Source: Candidatus Eiseniibacteriota bacterium
Lineage (GTDB): Bacteria > Eisenbacteria > RBG-16-71-46 > CAVPCR01
Reading direction: 5' to 3'
Assembly (NCBI GenBank): GCA_963702435.1
Contig: CAVPCR010000001.1
Location: forward strand, 1,120,001-1,184,000
DNA length: 64,000 nt
Below the pieces are notes generated by a model. It worked only from the letters and a program-made list of their open reading frames with translations. It ran no database searches and was not told where the DNA came from. Positions 1 through 9,792 of the stretch are shown one piece after another (position 1 is the first letter of the stretch; every line of letters starts with the position of its first letter). Made by a program: the position numbers and the translations under genes.

Positions 1-2
1 AT

Positions 3-416
3 CTCAAGCTGCACGTGGTCGACGCGTCGAACCCCGCGTTCCCGGCGCAGATCGTGGTGACCAGCGAGGTGCTCGCCGAGATCGGCGCCGCCGACGCGCC
101 CGAGCTTCTCCTGCTCAACAAGATCGATCGGCTGGACGAGGCGCGGCGGGCGGAGCTCGCGGCGGCCTATCCCGACGCCATGCTGCTATCGGCCCGGAGC
201 CCCGCGGACGTGGCCCGGCTCCGCGAGCGCATCATCCGCTTCTTCGAGCGCGATATGGTCGATACGACGCTCCACGTGCCGTATGCGCAGCAGCGGCTGG
301 TGGCCGAGATCCATCGCACGTGCCGGGTGATCGAGGAGACGTTCGGGCCCGACGGCACCGAGATCGTCGTGCGCACCCGACCCGCCGTGCTGGCCCGCCT
401 CCGCGCGGCTCTGTAG
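3..416 (+). CDS. hflX: GTPase HflX, C-terminal part (5' truncated by window edge)
   Basis: Reads LKLHVVDASNP...LLLNKIDRL...LLSARS (G4 NKxD, G5 SA) followed by the HflX C-terminal domain; frame is open to the window start. Confidence 0.85.
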   Translation, partial: LKLHVVDASNPAFPAQIVVTSEVLAEIGAADAPELLLLNKIDRLDEARRAELAAAYPDAMLLSARSPADVARLRERIIRFFERDMVDTTLHVPYAQQRLVAEIHRTCRVIEETFGPDGTEIVVRTRPAVLARLRAAL

Positions 417-602
417 CACCTCAGGTCGAGACCGCTCGGCGTCGCGTCCCGGCTGCTTGTCCGCGTCCCGGCCCTTGTCTCGACGCCCCGCGCCCCCTAT
501 CCTTGGCGGCGCTGGAACGCCGCCCGACCCCATCCCACCGGGCTCTCCGGCGCCCGACATCGCCATCGGCAAGCCCGGAACCCATTTCGACGTGGGGGAT
601 TC

Positions 603-3600
603 ATGGTGCTTCATGCCGCCAGGGACCGTCGCGGGCTGCAAGCGCTTGCCTTCTCGGCGGCGGTCGCGTTCGCCGCGGCTCGTGCCACCAGCGGACTCGG
701 CGCGACCGTCGCGGCTGCCGAGCAGCGCACGCATCCCGGCGCCAGACCGGGGCGCGTCCATGCGCTCACGCACGCGCACATCATCGTCGAGCCCGGGAAG
801 ACGATCGCTGACGGCACGATCGTGCTGCGCGACGGGATCATCGTCGCGGTGGGCGGCGCCGGCGAGGCGGCGATCCCGCCTGACGCGCGGGTCTGGGATC
901 TCGCGGGACGCTGGATCTACCCGGGTCTCATCGAACCGCACTTGCGGCTCCCGGCAGCGACCGACGCGGCAAGAGCGCCCGGCGAAACGACGGCGCCCGC
1001 CGCCCCGCCACCGGCGGCGCGCGGCGCGGCGCGTGGCGCGATCCACTGGAACCCGCTCGTGCATCCGGAGGAGAACATCGCCGAGGAGCTCGCTCTCCCC
1101 GCCGATCTCCTCACCGAGCTGCGCACGGCCGGTTTCACCGCGGCGCTCGCCGTACCGGCGAGCGGCATCTTCCGCGGAACGAGCGCGCTCGTGAACCTCG
1201 CCGACGCGCGACCGAACGAGCAGGTCGTGCAGCCCGACATCGCCGCGCACCTCGCCTTCGAGCGCGCGAGCGAGGAGAGCGGCCTCTATCCGAGCTCGCT
1301 CATGGGCGCGATCGCGCTCCAGAGGCAGACCTTCCTCGACGCCGAGCACGAGCGCGCCGTGACCACCGCCTACCACCGCGACCCGGAGGGCGAGCGGCCG
1401 GAGACCAATCGGGCTCTCGCGAGCCTCGAGCCGGTGCTCGCCGCGACGCGCCCCGTCGGCTTCGAGGCCGAGGACGTGGCCATGCTCTTCCGCGCCGCGC
1501 GACTCGCCCGCGAGTTCAAGCTCACGGGCTGGGTCACGACCGGCGCGGCCGACGAGTACCAGCACCTCCCGGAGGTGAAGGCGGCCGGACTCGGGCTCGT
1601 CACCGCGCTCAACTTCCCCCTGCCGCCCGAGTGGGAGAACGCGGACGAGGCGGTCAACATCGAGCTCGTGCGACTCCGCCACTGGGAGCTCGCGCCGTCC
1701 AACCCGGCGCGCCTCCACGAGGCCGGCATCCGCTTCTCCTTCACGGCGGCGGGACTCAAGAAGCGCAGTGACTGGCGCGATCGCGCCCGCGCCGCGATCG
1801 GCCGCGGCCTGCCGGCCGATGTCGCGCTCGCCGCCCTCACCGTGGAGCCCGCCACGCTTCTCGGGGTGGCAGACCGGCTCGGCTCGATCGCGCGCGGCAA
1901 GATCGCCAACCTGACGATCACCGACGGCGATCTCTTCGCCGCGGACACGAGCATCCTCGAAGTGTGGGTGGACGGCGCCTGCTACGAGCCGGCGCCGAAG
2001 CTCCAGAGCCCGAAGGATATCGCAGGCGAGTGGCGTCTCGCGCTCACCCACGCCGACGGCTCGACGAGCGAGGCCCGTGTTGCGATCCGGGAGGAGCGCG
2101 GCACGCTCGTCGCCGATCTCTTGACGGGCACGCGCCCGGACTCGACGCGGCTCTCTGCGATCGAGCTCCGGCGCGATCGGCTCGAGCTCACGCTCCCCGG
2201 AAGCGTGGTCGGCCGCTCCCACGACTTCGCCGTGAGCGGGGCGATCACCGGCAAGAAGCAGCTCGCCGGGCGCTGGCTGGCCGACACCGTGGTGCCCGGA
2301 TCCGGACCGTCCACGCCGGCCGGCGGGCTCCCGGCGCGCGGAGAGAAGATCGAGACGAAGGAAGGTGCAACGCCGGGCGCCGCACCGGCGCCCGCACCGG
2401 CGCCCACGCCGGCGCCCACGCCGGCGCCACCGATCGCTGCGGAGAGCGAGCCATACCCGCCGCGGCCCGAGCCAGCGCAGCCATCGGTCCTCGTCAGGAA
2501 CGCGACCATCTGGACCTGTGGTCCCGCCGGCACGCTCACCGGCGCCGATCTCCTCATCCGGGATGGGAAGATCGCCGCGGTCGGCGCCGGGCTCTCCGCG
2601 CCAGCCGGCACCACCCTGGTCATCGACGGGACCGGGAAGCACGTGACGCCCGGCATCATCGACGAGCACTCGCACCTGGCGATCGCCGGCGATGTCAACG
2701 AGGGTACGCGCTCCTCGAGCGCCGAGGTCCGCATCGCGGACGTGATCAACGCCGAGTCGATCGACATCTACCGGCAGCTCGCCGGCGGCGTGACCCTCTC
2801 GCACCTGGTCCACGGGAGCGCCAACACGATCGGCGGCCAGGACGCGGTGATCAAGCTCCGCTGGGGTTCGACGGCCGACGCCCTCCTTGCCGCCGGGGCG
2901 ACGGCCGGGATCAAGTTCGCGCTCGGCGAGAACGTGAAGCAGTCGAACTGGGGCGACAAGTACACGACCCGCTACCCGCAGACGCGCATGGGGGTCGAGC
3001 AGTGGGCGCGGGATCGTTTTCTCGCCGCGCGCGACTACATGCGCGAATGGGAGGAATGGAATCGGAAGAAGAAGGGCCCGCCCGCGCGCCGCGACCTCGA
3101 GCTCGAAGCCCTCGCCGAGGTTCTCCGCGGCGAGCGCCGCGTGTACTGCCACGCCTACCGGCAGGACGAGATGCTCATGCTCATGCGTCTGGCCGAGGAG
3201 CTCGGCTTCCGGCTAGCGACGTTCGAGCACGTACTCGAGGGCTACAAGATCGCCAACGAGATGGCGGCGCATGGCGTCGGCAGTTCGTCGTTCAGCGACT
3301 GGTGGGCCTACAAGTTCGAGGTGTACGACGCGATCCCCTACAACGGCGCCATCCTGTGGGACCGCGGGGTGCTCGTCGCCTTCAACTCGGACAGCCCGGA
3401 GGTCGCGCGCCGGCTCAATTCCGAGGCCGCCAAGGCGGTCAAGTACGGCGGCGTGCCGGAGACCGAGGCGCTCAAGTTCGTGACCGCGAACCCGGCCCGG
3501 ATGCTCCGCATGGACGACCGGGTTGGCTCGCTCGAACCGGGCAAGGACGGGGACTTCGCGATCTGGAACGCGCCGCCCCTCTCGAACCTGGCGCGCTGCG

Positions 3601-3815
3601 AGGAAACGTGGATCGAGGGCCGGCGCTTCTTCTCGCGCGAGCGCGACCTCGCGGCGCGGGCGGCGGCCGAGGCGGAGCGCACGGCGCTCCTCGCGCGGGC
3701 GCGCGCGGCGCGCGCCGAGCTCGAGGCGGCGCACAAGGAGACCGGATGGCAGCCGACCTTCGGGACGCTCCACGCGACGGGCACCGCGGATGACGTCGAA
3801 CGCGAGGAGAATTGA
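603..3815 (+). CDS. Secreted two-domain amidohydrolase family protein (1070 aa)
   Basis: Signal-like N-terminus. Two amidohydrolase barrels: YPGLIEPH...GSIARGKIANL and TPGIIDEHSH...NSD...GSLEPGKDGDF, joined by a Pro/Ala linker. Confidence 0.85.
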   Translation: MVLHAARDRRGLQALAFSAAVAFAAARATSGLGATVAAAEQRTHPGARPGRVHALTHAHIIVEPGKTIADGTIVLRDGIIVAVGGAGEAAIPPDARVWDLAGRWIYPGLIEPHLRLPAATDAARAPGETTAPAAPPPAARGAARGAIHWNPLVHPEENIAEELALPADLLTELRTAGFTAALAVPASGIFRGTSALVNLADARPNEQVVQPDIAAHLAFERASEESGLYPSSLMGAIALQRQTFLDAEHERAVTTAYHRDPEGERPETNRALASLEPVLAATRPVGFEAEDVAMLFRAARLAREFKLTGWVTTGAADEYQHLPEVKAAGLGLVTALNFPLPPEWENADEAVNIELVRLRHWELAPSNPARLHEAGIRFSFTAAGLKKRSDWRDRARAAIGRGLPADVALAALTVEPATLLGVADRLGSIARGKIANLTITDGDLFAADTSILEVWVDGACYEPAPKLQSPKDIAGEWRLALTHADGSTSEARVAIREERGTLVADLLTGTRPDSTRLSAIELRRDRLELTLPGSVVGRSHDFAVSGAITGKKQLAGRWLADTVVPGSGPSTPAGGLPARGEKIETKEGATPGAAPAPAPAPTPAPTPAPPIAAESEPYPPRPEPAQPSVLVRNATIWTCGPAGTLTGADLLIRDGKIAAVGAGLSAPAGTTLVIDGTGKHVTPGIIDEHSHLAIAGDVNEGTRSSSAEVRIADVINAESIDIYRQLAGGVTLSHLVHGSANTIGGQDAVIKLRWGSTADALLAAGATAGIKFALGENVKQSNWGDKYTTRYPQTRMGVEQWARDRFLAARDYMREWEEWNRKKKGPPARRDLELEALAEVLRGERRVYCHAYRQDEMLMLMRLAEELGFRLATFEHVLEGYKIANEMAAHGVGSSSFSDWWAYKFEVYDAIPYNGAILWDRGVLVAFNSDSPEVARRLNSEAAKAVKYGGVPETEALKFVTANPARMLRMDDRVGSLEPGKDGDFAIWNAPPLSNLARCEETWIEGRRFFSRERDLAARAAAEAERTALLARARAARAELEAAHKETGWQPTFGTLHATGTADDVEREEN

Positions 3816-3816
3816 G

Positions 3817-5154
3817 ATGCGTGCACTTGCCGGCTGCCTCATCCTGACCATGCTCCTTGCCGGTGCGTCCGGGGCGGCCCCCTCCGCGCGCGAGCGACCG
3901 CTCGCGATCACCGGCGCCACGATCCATCGGGTGAGCGTGCCGGATCTCGAGCGCGGCACCGTCCTCGTCGGCACCGACGGGAAGATCGCCGATGTCGGGG
4001 CGGCCGACCGGGTGCCGATCCCCGCCGACGCCGAGCGTGTGGACGCGACCGGGCTCCACGTCTATCCGGGATGGATCAACGCGAACACGGTGCTTGGACT
4101 CGTCGAGATCGGCGCGGTGCGCGCCACGAACGACGTGGCCGAGGTGGGCGCGCTCAACCCCGGCGCGCGCGCCGAGGTGGCGATCAATCCGAGCTCCGAG
4201 CTAATCCCGGTCACTCGCGCGAACGGGGTCCTCGTCGCGCTCACCGCGGGGCGCGGCGGGCTCATCGCCGGCACCTCGGCGCTCATCGCGCTCGACGGCT
4301 GGACCTGGGAGGAGATGACGATCAAGGCCCCGGTCGCCATGCACGTGCAGTGGCCGGGCATGGGCCTCGATCGCCGGCCGGAAGCGACGAAGAAGATCGA
4401 GGAGCAGATCGAGGCGCGAGAGAAGCAGATCCGGGAGCTCACCCTGGCCTTCGCCCAGGCTGCCGCTTACTGGCAGGCGCGGGCGGTCGCGGGAGAGAAG
4501 GGCGTGCCACCCCACGACGAGGACGTGGCGTGGGCCGCGATGCGCCCGGTCGTCGAGCGGAAGATCCCGCTCGTCATCGAGGCGAACGACATCGCGCAGA
4601 TCCATGCGGCGCTCGAATGGACCGAGGCGCAGGACCTCGACATGATCCTCGCCGGCGGCAAGGATGCGTGGCGCGCGGCGAACGAGCTCGCGCGCCGGCG
4701 GATCCCCGTCATCCTGAACGGGGTGAACGACCTCCCCGCCCGCAGCTACGAGCCCTACGACACGCCGTACGCCAACGCGGCCCGGCTCCATGCGAGCGGC
4801 GTGACCGTGCTCTTCTCGACCGGCCCCGGCAGCTTCGGCGCCGCCAACGCGCGGAACCTGCCGTACGAGGCGGCGAAGGCGATCGCCTTCGGCCTGCCGC
4901 GGGACGCGGCGATCCGCGCCCTCACGCTCGACGCCGCGGAGGTCTTCGGCGTGGCCGATCGCCTGGGATCGATCGATCGCGGCAAGGACGCGACGCTGAT
5001 CCTCGTCGACGGCGATCCGCTCGAGGCCACCGGCCAGGTGCGCCGGGCCTGGATCGCAGGGCGCGACGTGGATCTCACGAACCGCCATCGGCGGCTCTAC
5101 GAGAAGTACAGCGCACGGCCGCGGCCGGCACCAGGCGCCCCAGCTGCGCGGTGA
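3817..5154 (+). CDS. Secreted amidohydrolase family protein (metal-ligand HxH absent)
   Basis: ATG 1 nt after the upstream TGA; signal peptide; VYPGWINANT...GSIDRGKDATL. Confidence 0.85.
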   Translation: MRALAGCLILTMLLAGASGAAPSARERPLAITGATIHRVSVPDLERGTVLVGTDGKIADVGAADRVPIPADAERVDATGLHVYPGWINANTVLGLVEIGAVRATNDVAEVGALNPGARAEVAINPSSELIPVTRANGVLVALTAGRGGLIAGTSALIALDGWTWEEMTIKAPVAMHVQWPGMGLDRRPEATKKIEEQIEAREKQIRELTLAFAQAAAYWQARAVAGEKGVPPHDEDVAWAAMRPVVERKIPLVIEANDIAQIHAALEWTEAQDLDMILAGGKDAWRAANELARRRIPVILNGVNDLPARSYEPYDTPYANAARLHASGVTVLFSTGPGSFGAANARNLPYEAAKAIAFGLPRDAAIRALTLDAAEVFGVADRLGSIDRGKDATLILVDGDPLEATGQVRRAWIAGRDVDLTNRHRRLYEKYSARPRPAPGAPAAR

Positions 5155-5245
5155 TCGCCGTGGCTGCCGGGATCGCGGCAATGGGTCGATGAGCGCGCCT
5201 GCATGGCTTGCACTCTGCACTGCCTCATCACATGGCTACGTCGTC

Positions 5246-5549
5246 CCCTCGCAGCAAACGCTGTCGGGTCATGTGAACTCCTCGCCCCGACCGACCCACC
5301 CTCCGCTGCCCTCGCAGCAAACGCTGTCGGGTCTTGTGAACTCCTCGCCCCGCCGACCGACCCGGCCCGCCGCCCTCGCAGCAAACGCTGTCGGGTCATG
5401 TGCTTCGAGACTCCTCGCCCCGCCGACCGACCCGGCCCGCCGCCCTCGCAGCAAACGCTGTCGGGTCTTGTGAACTCTTCGCCCCACCGACCGACCCGGT
5501 CCGCCGCCCTCGCAGCAAACGCTGTCGGGTCATGTGAACTCCTCGCCCC
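5246..5549. repeat. Tandem array of five ~64-bp units
   Basis: Core CCCTCGCAGCAAACGCTGTCGGGTC(A/T)TGTGAACTCCTCGCCCC starts at 5246, 5309, 5373, 5443 and 5507; linkers are near-identical (GCCGACCGACCCGGCCCGCCG). Confidence 0.95.
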
Positions 5550-5916
5550 GGCCGCTTCCCCCGGCAGCAAATGCCCTCGCCCCACGAGACCGTCGTGCCC
5601 GCCTGCGTGCCCGGCGTGGTCGCGCCCTTCCCGCCGCGACCACGTCATCTGCTCGCCGGCGTGCACACGCTCGAGGTATTCATTGAGCGAAGGCCCGCGC
5701 ATCAAGGGCAGGAGCTCACTCATCTCCTTTGCATGAAGCATGCCGCCCGCGACGGAGGAGACATCTCCCTTCTGGATGCAGTCCTCGGTGGGCGGGGATC
5801 TCGGGGACGCTCACACACCCGGCCGATGTGCGCACGCCATGGCCGCTCTTGACCACGTCGTTACCGGGGAGGAAGCGCGGCGAGATCCGCAGCAGAAAGA
5901 AGCACGAGCCCGCGTG

Positions 5917-6066
5917 CCGGGGCGTGCGGCGCCCCATTGGCGTGCAGCGCCTCACCACGGCGTGCAGCGCCTCACCACGGCGTGCAGCGCTCACCGGGGC
6001 GTGCAGCGCCTCACCGGGGCGTGCGCTTCCTCACCGGGGCGTGCGGCGCCCCACCGGGGCGTGCGC
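5917..6066. repeat. Tandem array of eight ~20-bp units
   Basis: GGCGTGC at 5921, 5939, 5959, 5979, 5998, 6018, 6038, 6058; consensus GGCGTGCAGCGCCTCACCRS. Confidence 0.95.
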
Positions 6067-6266
6067 CGCGGCGCGCCGGTCTCTCCGGCCGCACGACGGA
6101 GCCCGGCACAACCGAACTCCCCTCGTGGGGGGCGCCCGGGGAGGTCCACCCGGCCCGGACCCCACGCGGGACCGATCGTGCTACACTTCCCATGCTCCGG
6201 CCCCCGCCGGGGCGCCCCCCGGTCCGGACGACCCCATCCCCGATCAGCCCTGAGAAGAGGATCCTC

Positions 6267-7763
6267 ATGCGCAAGTCGACCTTCGCTGTCGCCGCCCTGG
6301 CCCTGGCGCTCCTCACGCTGGCCGCCGCCAGCCGCCCCGCTGCGAGCGCCCTCAACACCGAACGGATCGCCTCGGGCCTGAACCGGCCCATCTACGCAAC
6401 CGCTCCCCCCGGGGACGATCGGCTCTTCATCGTCGAGCAGCGCGGAGTGATCAAGATCTATCGGAACGGACAGGTGCTCCCTCGCCCCTTCCTCGACATC
6501 GACGCCCTCGTCCCCAACATCTCGGGGAACGACGAACGCGGGCTCCTCGGGCTCGCCTTCCATCCGAACTTCGCGCAGAACCGCCACATCTATCTCAACT
6601 ACATCAATCTCTCGAACAACACGGTCATTGCGCGCTACACGGTGGCGGCCGGCAACCCCGATTCGGTCGATGTGACGAGCGCCTTCCAGATCATGACGAT
6701 CGCGCAGCCCGCGACCAACCACAACGGCGGCACGCTCCTCTTCGGGCCGAACGACGGCTACCTCTACATCGGGATGGGCGACGGCGGCGGCCAGGGCGAC
6801 CCGAGCAACAACGGCCAGCGCGACGACACCCTGCTCGCGAAGATGCTCCGGATCGACGTGGATGGCGGCTCGCCGTACGCAATCCCGCCGACCAACCCGT
6901 TCGCCGAGCCCGGCCTCCCGCTCGACGAGATCTGGGCCAAGGGATTCCGCAATCCGTACCGCTGGAGCTTCGACCGGGCAACGGGGGACATGTACATCGG
7001 CGACGTCGGCCAGGTGTCCTGGGAAGAGGTCGATTTCCTGCCGGCTCTCCCGGACAGCGGCGGCCAGAACTGCGGCTGGCGGTTGATGGAGGGCAATCAC
7101 TGCTACAACCCGCCCAACAACTGCGATCCGGGCGGCCTCACCTACCCCGTGCACGAGTACTTCCATTCCAGCCAGTGCTCGATCACCGGGGGGTATGTCT
7201 ATCGCGGCCTGATCCCCGAGATCCAGGGACACTACTTCTTCGCGGACTTCTGCTCGAACCAGATCTGGTCGTTCAAGATGGTCGGCGGGATAGTCACCGA
7301 GTTCACCGAGCGCACGATCGACCTCGCCCCGGGCGGCGGCCTCGCCATCGGCACGGTCGCCGGCTTCGGCGAGGACGGCGCGGGCGAGCTCTACATCTGC
7401 GATCGCGGCACCGGCGCGAACGGCGAGATCTACAAGATCGTGATGGACACGACCGGTGTCGGCGGCGAGGCGCCGCCGGCGAGCACCTTCGCGCTGGCGC
7501 CGGCGAGCCCGAATCCGTTCGCCGGCGGGACCTCGTTCGCGGTCGAGACCGCGCGGGCCGGGCAGCTCACCGCCGAGATCTACGACGCGAGCGGACGGCT
7601 CGTGCGATCACTGGCGATCGCCGAGTCCATTCCGGCCGGCACGCGCCGCTTGGCGTGGGATGGCGCGAACGAGCAGGGTACCGCGAGTCCGTCCGGCACG
7701 TACTTCCTGCGCGTCGAGTTGAATGGACAGGCGCTGACGCAGCGATTGAGCCTCATCCGCTAG
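6267..7763 (+). CDS. PQQ-dependent sugar dehydrogenase (GSDH beta-propeller) with C-terminal FlgD-Ig-like domain
   Basis: RBS GAGG before ATG 6267; signal peptide; ERGLLGLAFHP, NHNGG, GDGG, GFRNPYR, GDVGQ motifs; C-terminal SPNPF...IYDASGRLVR...WDG...SGTYFLR. Confidence 0.88.
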   Translation: MRKSTFAVAALALALLTLAAASRPAASALNTERIASGLNRPIYATAPPGDDRLFIVEQRGVIKIYRNGQVLPRPFLDIDALVPNISGNDERGLLGLAFHPNFAQNRHIYLNYINLSNNTVIARYTVAAGNPDSVDVTSAFQIMTIAQPATNHNGGTLLFGPNDGYLYIGMGDGGGQGDPSNNGQRDDTLLAKMLRIDVDGGSPYAIPPTNPFAEPGLPLDEIWAKGFRNPYRWSFDRATGDMYIGDVGQVSWEEVDFLPALPDSGGQNCGWRLMEGNHCYNPPNNCDPGGLTYPVHEYFHSSQCSITGGYVYRGLIPEIQGHYFFADFCSNQIWSFKMVGGIVTEFTERTIDLAPGGGLAIGTVAGFGEDGAGELYICDRGTGANGEIYKIVMDTTGVGGEAPPASTFALAPASPNPFAGGTSFAVETARAGQLTAEIYDASGRLVRSLAIAESIPAGTRRLAWDGANEQGTASPSGTYFLRVELNGQALTQRLSLIR

Positions 7764-7921
7764 GCGGCGGGACCGGACCGGAGGCGGCGGGACCATCGGG
7801 GTGGAAGCCGTCGCGAAACGCCGCGCGCGTGCTGCCCCGACGCGGCGGCCACTTGCCTCGAGGGCGGGTGGCCGCCGTCCTGCATGCGCGGCCGCGCTAG
7901 CAGGCCAGCACACGGCCCGGA

Positions 7922-8386
7922 CTAGCGCCGTCCGGCAGCCCACTCGAGCAGGACCTCCCGCTCCTCCGCGCCGAGACGCGCTTCGGGATGGCCGAGCTGA
8001 TAGCTCGCCAGTGGCATCTTGCGCTCACCGACCTGCCAGCTGATATCGCTCAGCACATCAGCCTGCTCCTCGAAATCGAAGACCGGCCACTCGGAGAAGT
8101 TCAAGTCCTTGCGGCCATCCTCGACGTGCCCGGCCATCCACCACGAGATCGGCGCGATGCGGCTGTACCATGGCCAGCGGGTCTCGTTGGAGTGGCAGTC
8201 GTAGCAGGCGCGCCGGAGGATCGAGGCAACCGCCGGCGGCGCCGAGACGTCGGCCTGAACCGGCGGATTGGTGCGCGTGACCGGGACGAACTGGATGGCG
8301 GCAAGGAGCGCGGCCGCGACGACCGCGCTCCTCACTGCCCATTGCCTGCGGCGAGCCGCGGCACGCCGCTGCCTCTGGCCCCTCAT
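7922..8386 (-). CDS. Haem-binding (Haem_bd-type) monohaem cytochrome c
   Basis: TM anchor, TNPP, ACYDCHSNETRWPWYS, LNFSEW, KMP; TGATG overlap with the upstream gene. Confidence 0.85.
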   Translation of the reverse strand: MRGQRQRRAAARRRQWAVRSAVVAAALLAAIQFVPVTRTNPPVQADVSAPPAVASILRRACYDCHSNETRWPWYSRIAPISWWMAGHVEDGRKDLNFSEWPVFDFEEQADVLSDISWQVGERKMPLASYQLGHPEARLGAEEREVLLEWAAGRR

Positions 8387-9135
8387 CACGGCTTCTTCAG
8401 CTGTCCGAGCATCCACTTGGCCTGCTCGTTGCCGGGCTCGAGCTCAAGCGCCTTGTTCACGCTGGCGAGCGCGCCGGCGCTGTCGCCCTTCATCTGCTGG
8501 ATGTTCGCCTTGGTCAGGTAGCTGCCCGCATCCTGCGGGTTCACCTCGATGTTGAGATCGACCATGGTCAGGGCTGCGTCCATGCTGGCCGGATCCTGCG
8601 CCAGCGCCGTCGCGACCTGGCCCAGCGTCTGCGGGCTGAAATCGTACGACCCGGTGCCGTAGTACTGCTTGCGCAGCTCCTTGTACCTGGCAACGGCGGC
8701 GGGGGTGCCGTCCTTCTTCACGACGCCGAGCAGCACACGATCCAGAGTGGCCGGATCGGGAAGACCGCGGTGACAGGTCATGCAGCGGACCTGCGCGTTG
8801 GGCTCGCCGGCAGCCGGGAGGAGATCCTTGTTGATGCCGGCGACCATCGTCATCATGCCCCGCGCCACCTTCTTGGGCTCGAGGGCATCGCTGGCCCAGT
8901 CGATCGTGTTGCGATCTCCCGGCGTCTTCTCGACGTGGCAATGCGTGCAGTTCACGCCCAGCGCGCTCGAGAAGTCCTTCATGATACTCATGAGCTGGCG
9001 CTTGCCGACGTCCTTCGGAAGCACCTTGAGGTTCGTGAACTGGTCCGGGATTTGGGCGGTCGCCGCGCCCGCCAGCAGCAGCGAGGCGAGGAAGATCGAA
9101 GCGGCGCATCGTGTCAGGTTCATCCGATTCATCAT
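8386..9135 (-). CDS. Secreted dihaem c-type cytochrome (reaction-centre cytochrome-C-subunit-like) with C-terminal TPR
   Basis: Signal peptide, FTNLKVLP, two CxxCH motifs (CTHCH, CMTCH), C-terminal TPR (KALELEPGN). Confidence 0.8.
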   Translation of the reverse strand: MMNRMNLTRCAASIFLASLLLAGAATAQIPDQFTNLKVLPKDVGKRQLMSIMKDFSSALGVNCTHCHVEKTPGDRNTIDWASDALEPKKVARGMMTMVAGINKDLLPAAGEPNAQVRCMTCHRGLPDPATLDRVLLGVVKKDGTPAAVARYKELRKQYYGTGSYDFSPQTLGQVATALAQDPASMDAALTMVDLNIEVNPQDAGSYLTKANIQQMKGDSAGALASVNKALELEPGNEQAKWMLGQLKKP

Positions 9136-9352
9136 CGCTCCCGTCGGTTGGTCCATGGGGACTGCCATACTGCATACTACGCCAGGTCGACGCCGGCAGC
9201 CAACACCCGACCGCTCTGATGATCGGCAGGGCCACACGAGGCCGCATCCGAGAGCGGCCTCGCGTGGCCCTGCTGCAACTACATACACCGTGCCCGTACT
9301 CGCCGCCGGCGGCGCTGCGGCCTCCGCCGGGATTCCGGGAGTCCCGGGATGG

Positions 9353-9381
9353 AAAGGGGGCCGGCGTGACCGCCGACCCCC
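9353..9381 (-). terminator. Putative intrinsic terminator of the 9415-9792 gene
   Basis: Minus strand GGGGGTCGGCG-GTCA-CGCCGGCCCCC-TTT; U-tract is short. Confidence 0.5.
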
Positions 9382-9414
9382 TGGGCTTCCGCTATCGGAC
9401 CGCCGTCCCGAACT

Positions 9415-9792
9415 CTACGGACATGGGCACTTGGTACCCACGGGATCGGTCCGCGCCGAGCAGATCTTCGTTCCACTGGCGTCGTAGGCCACGAGCAGAT
9501 ACTCGATGCACTCGCCGGGATCGAATCCCGAGTGGCTGTAGGAAGTCCCGGTCACGATGGCCAGGAGCTGGCTCGAGCCGCACCCGCGGAAGGCGAGCAG
9601 GTACTGGCTCGCCCCGGAGACCGAGTCCCACGAGAGCATGCGGTCCGAGCTTCCGGTCTGAACGACGCTCAGCGTGCAGGGAGGCCCGGTTCGATCGTAG
9701 TCATCTTCAGAGTAGGTGATCGCCTGGACGGTGACGGCCGCCACCAGGGCCACGAGCGTGAGGATCGCGGGGACGTAGACTGCGCGACGCAT
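9415..9792 (-). CDS. Small secreted Cys-containing protein, possibly FN3-like fold
   Basis: GGAGG RBS, signal peptide MRRAVYVPAILTLVALVAAVTVQA, LSWDSVSGASQY...YLLVAYD pattern, six Cys. Confidence 0.65.
   Translation of the reverse strand: MRRAVYVPAILTLVALVAAVTVQAITYSEDDYDRTGPPCTLSVVQTGSSDRMLSWDSVSGASQYLLAFRGCGSSQLLAIVTGTSYSHSGFDPGECIEYLLVAYDASGTKICSARTDPVGTKCPCP

Noticed and set aside
2378..2432. 12-bp tandem repeats in the amidohydrolase
   Set aside because: They simply encode a Pro/Ala/Thr interdomain linker.
186..3152. Long antisense or alternative-frame ORFs (also 11354-13972, 18858-21926, 21697-23271, 37334-38695 and others)
   Set aside because: Shadow ORFs typical of high-GC DNA, overlapping genes with clear family motifs; no motifs of their own.
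5246..5549. CRISPR array
   Set aside because: The ~21-bp linkers are near-identical rather than unique spacers, and there are no cas genes in the window.
8386..9135. Photosynthesis gene (pufC)
   Set aside because: Only two haem motifs, a TPR tail and no puf/bch genes; a distant family member at most.
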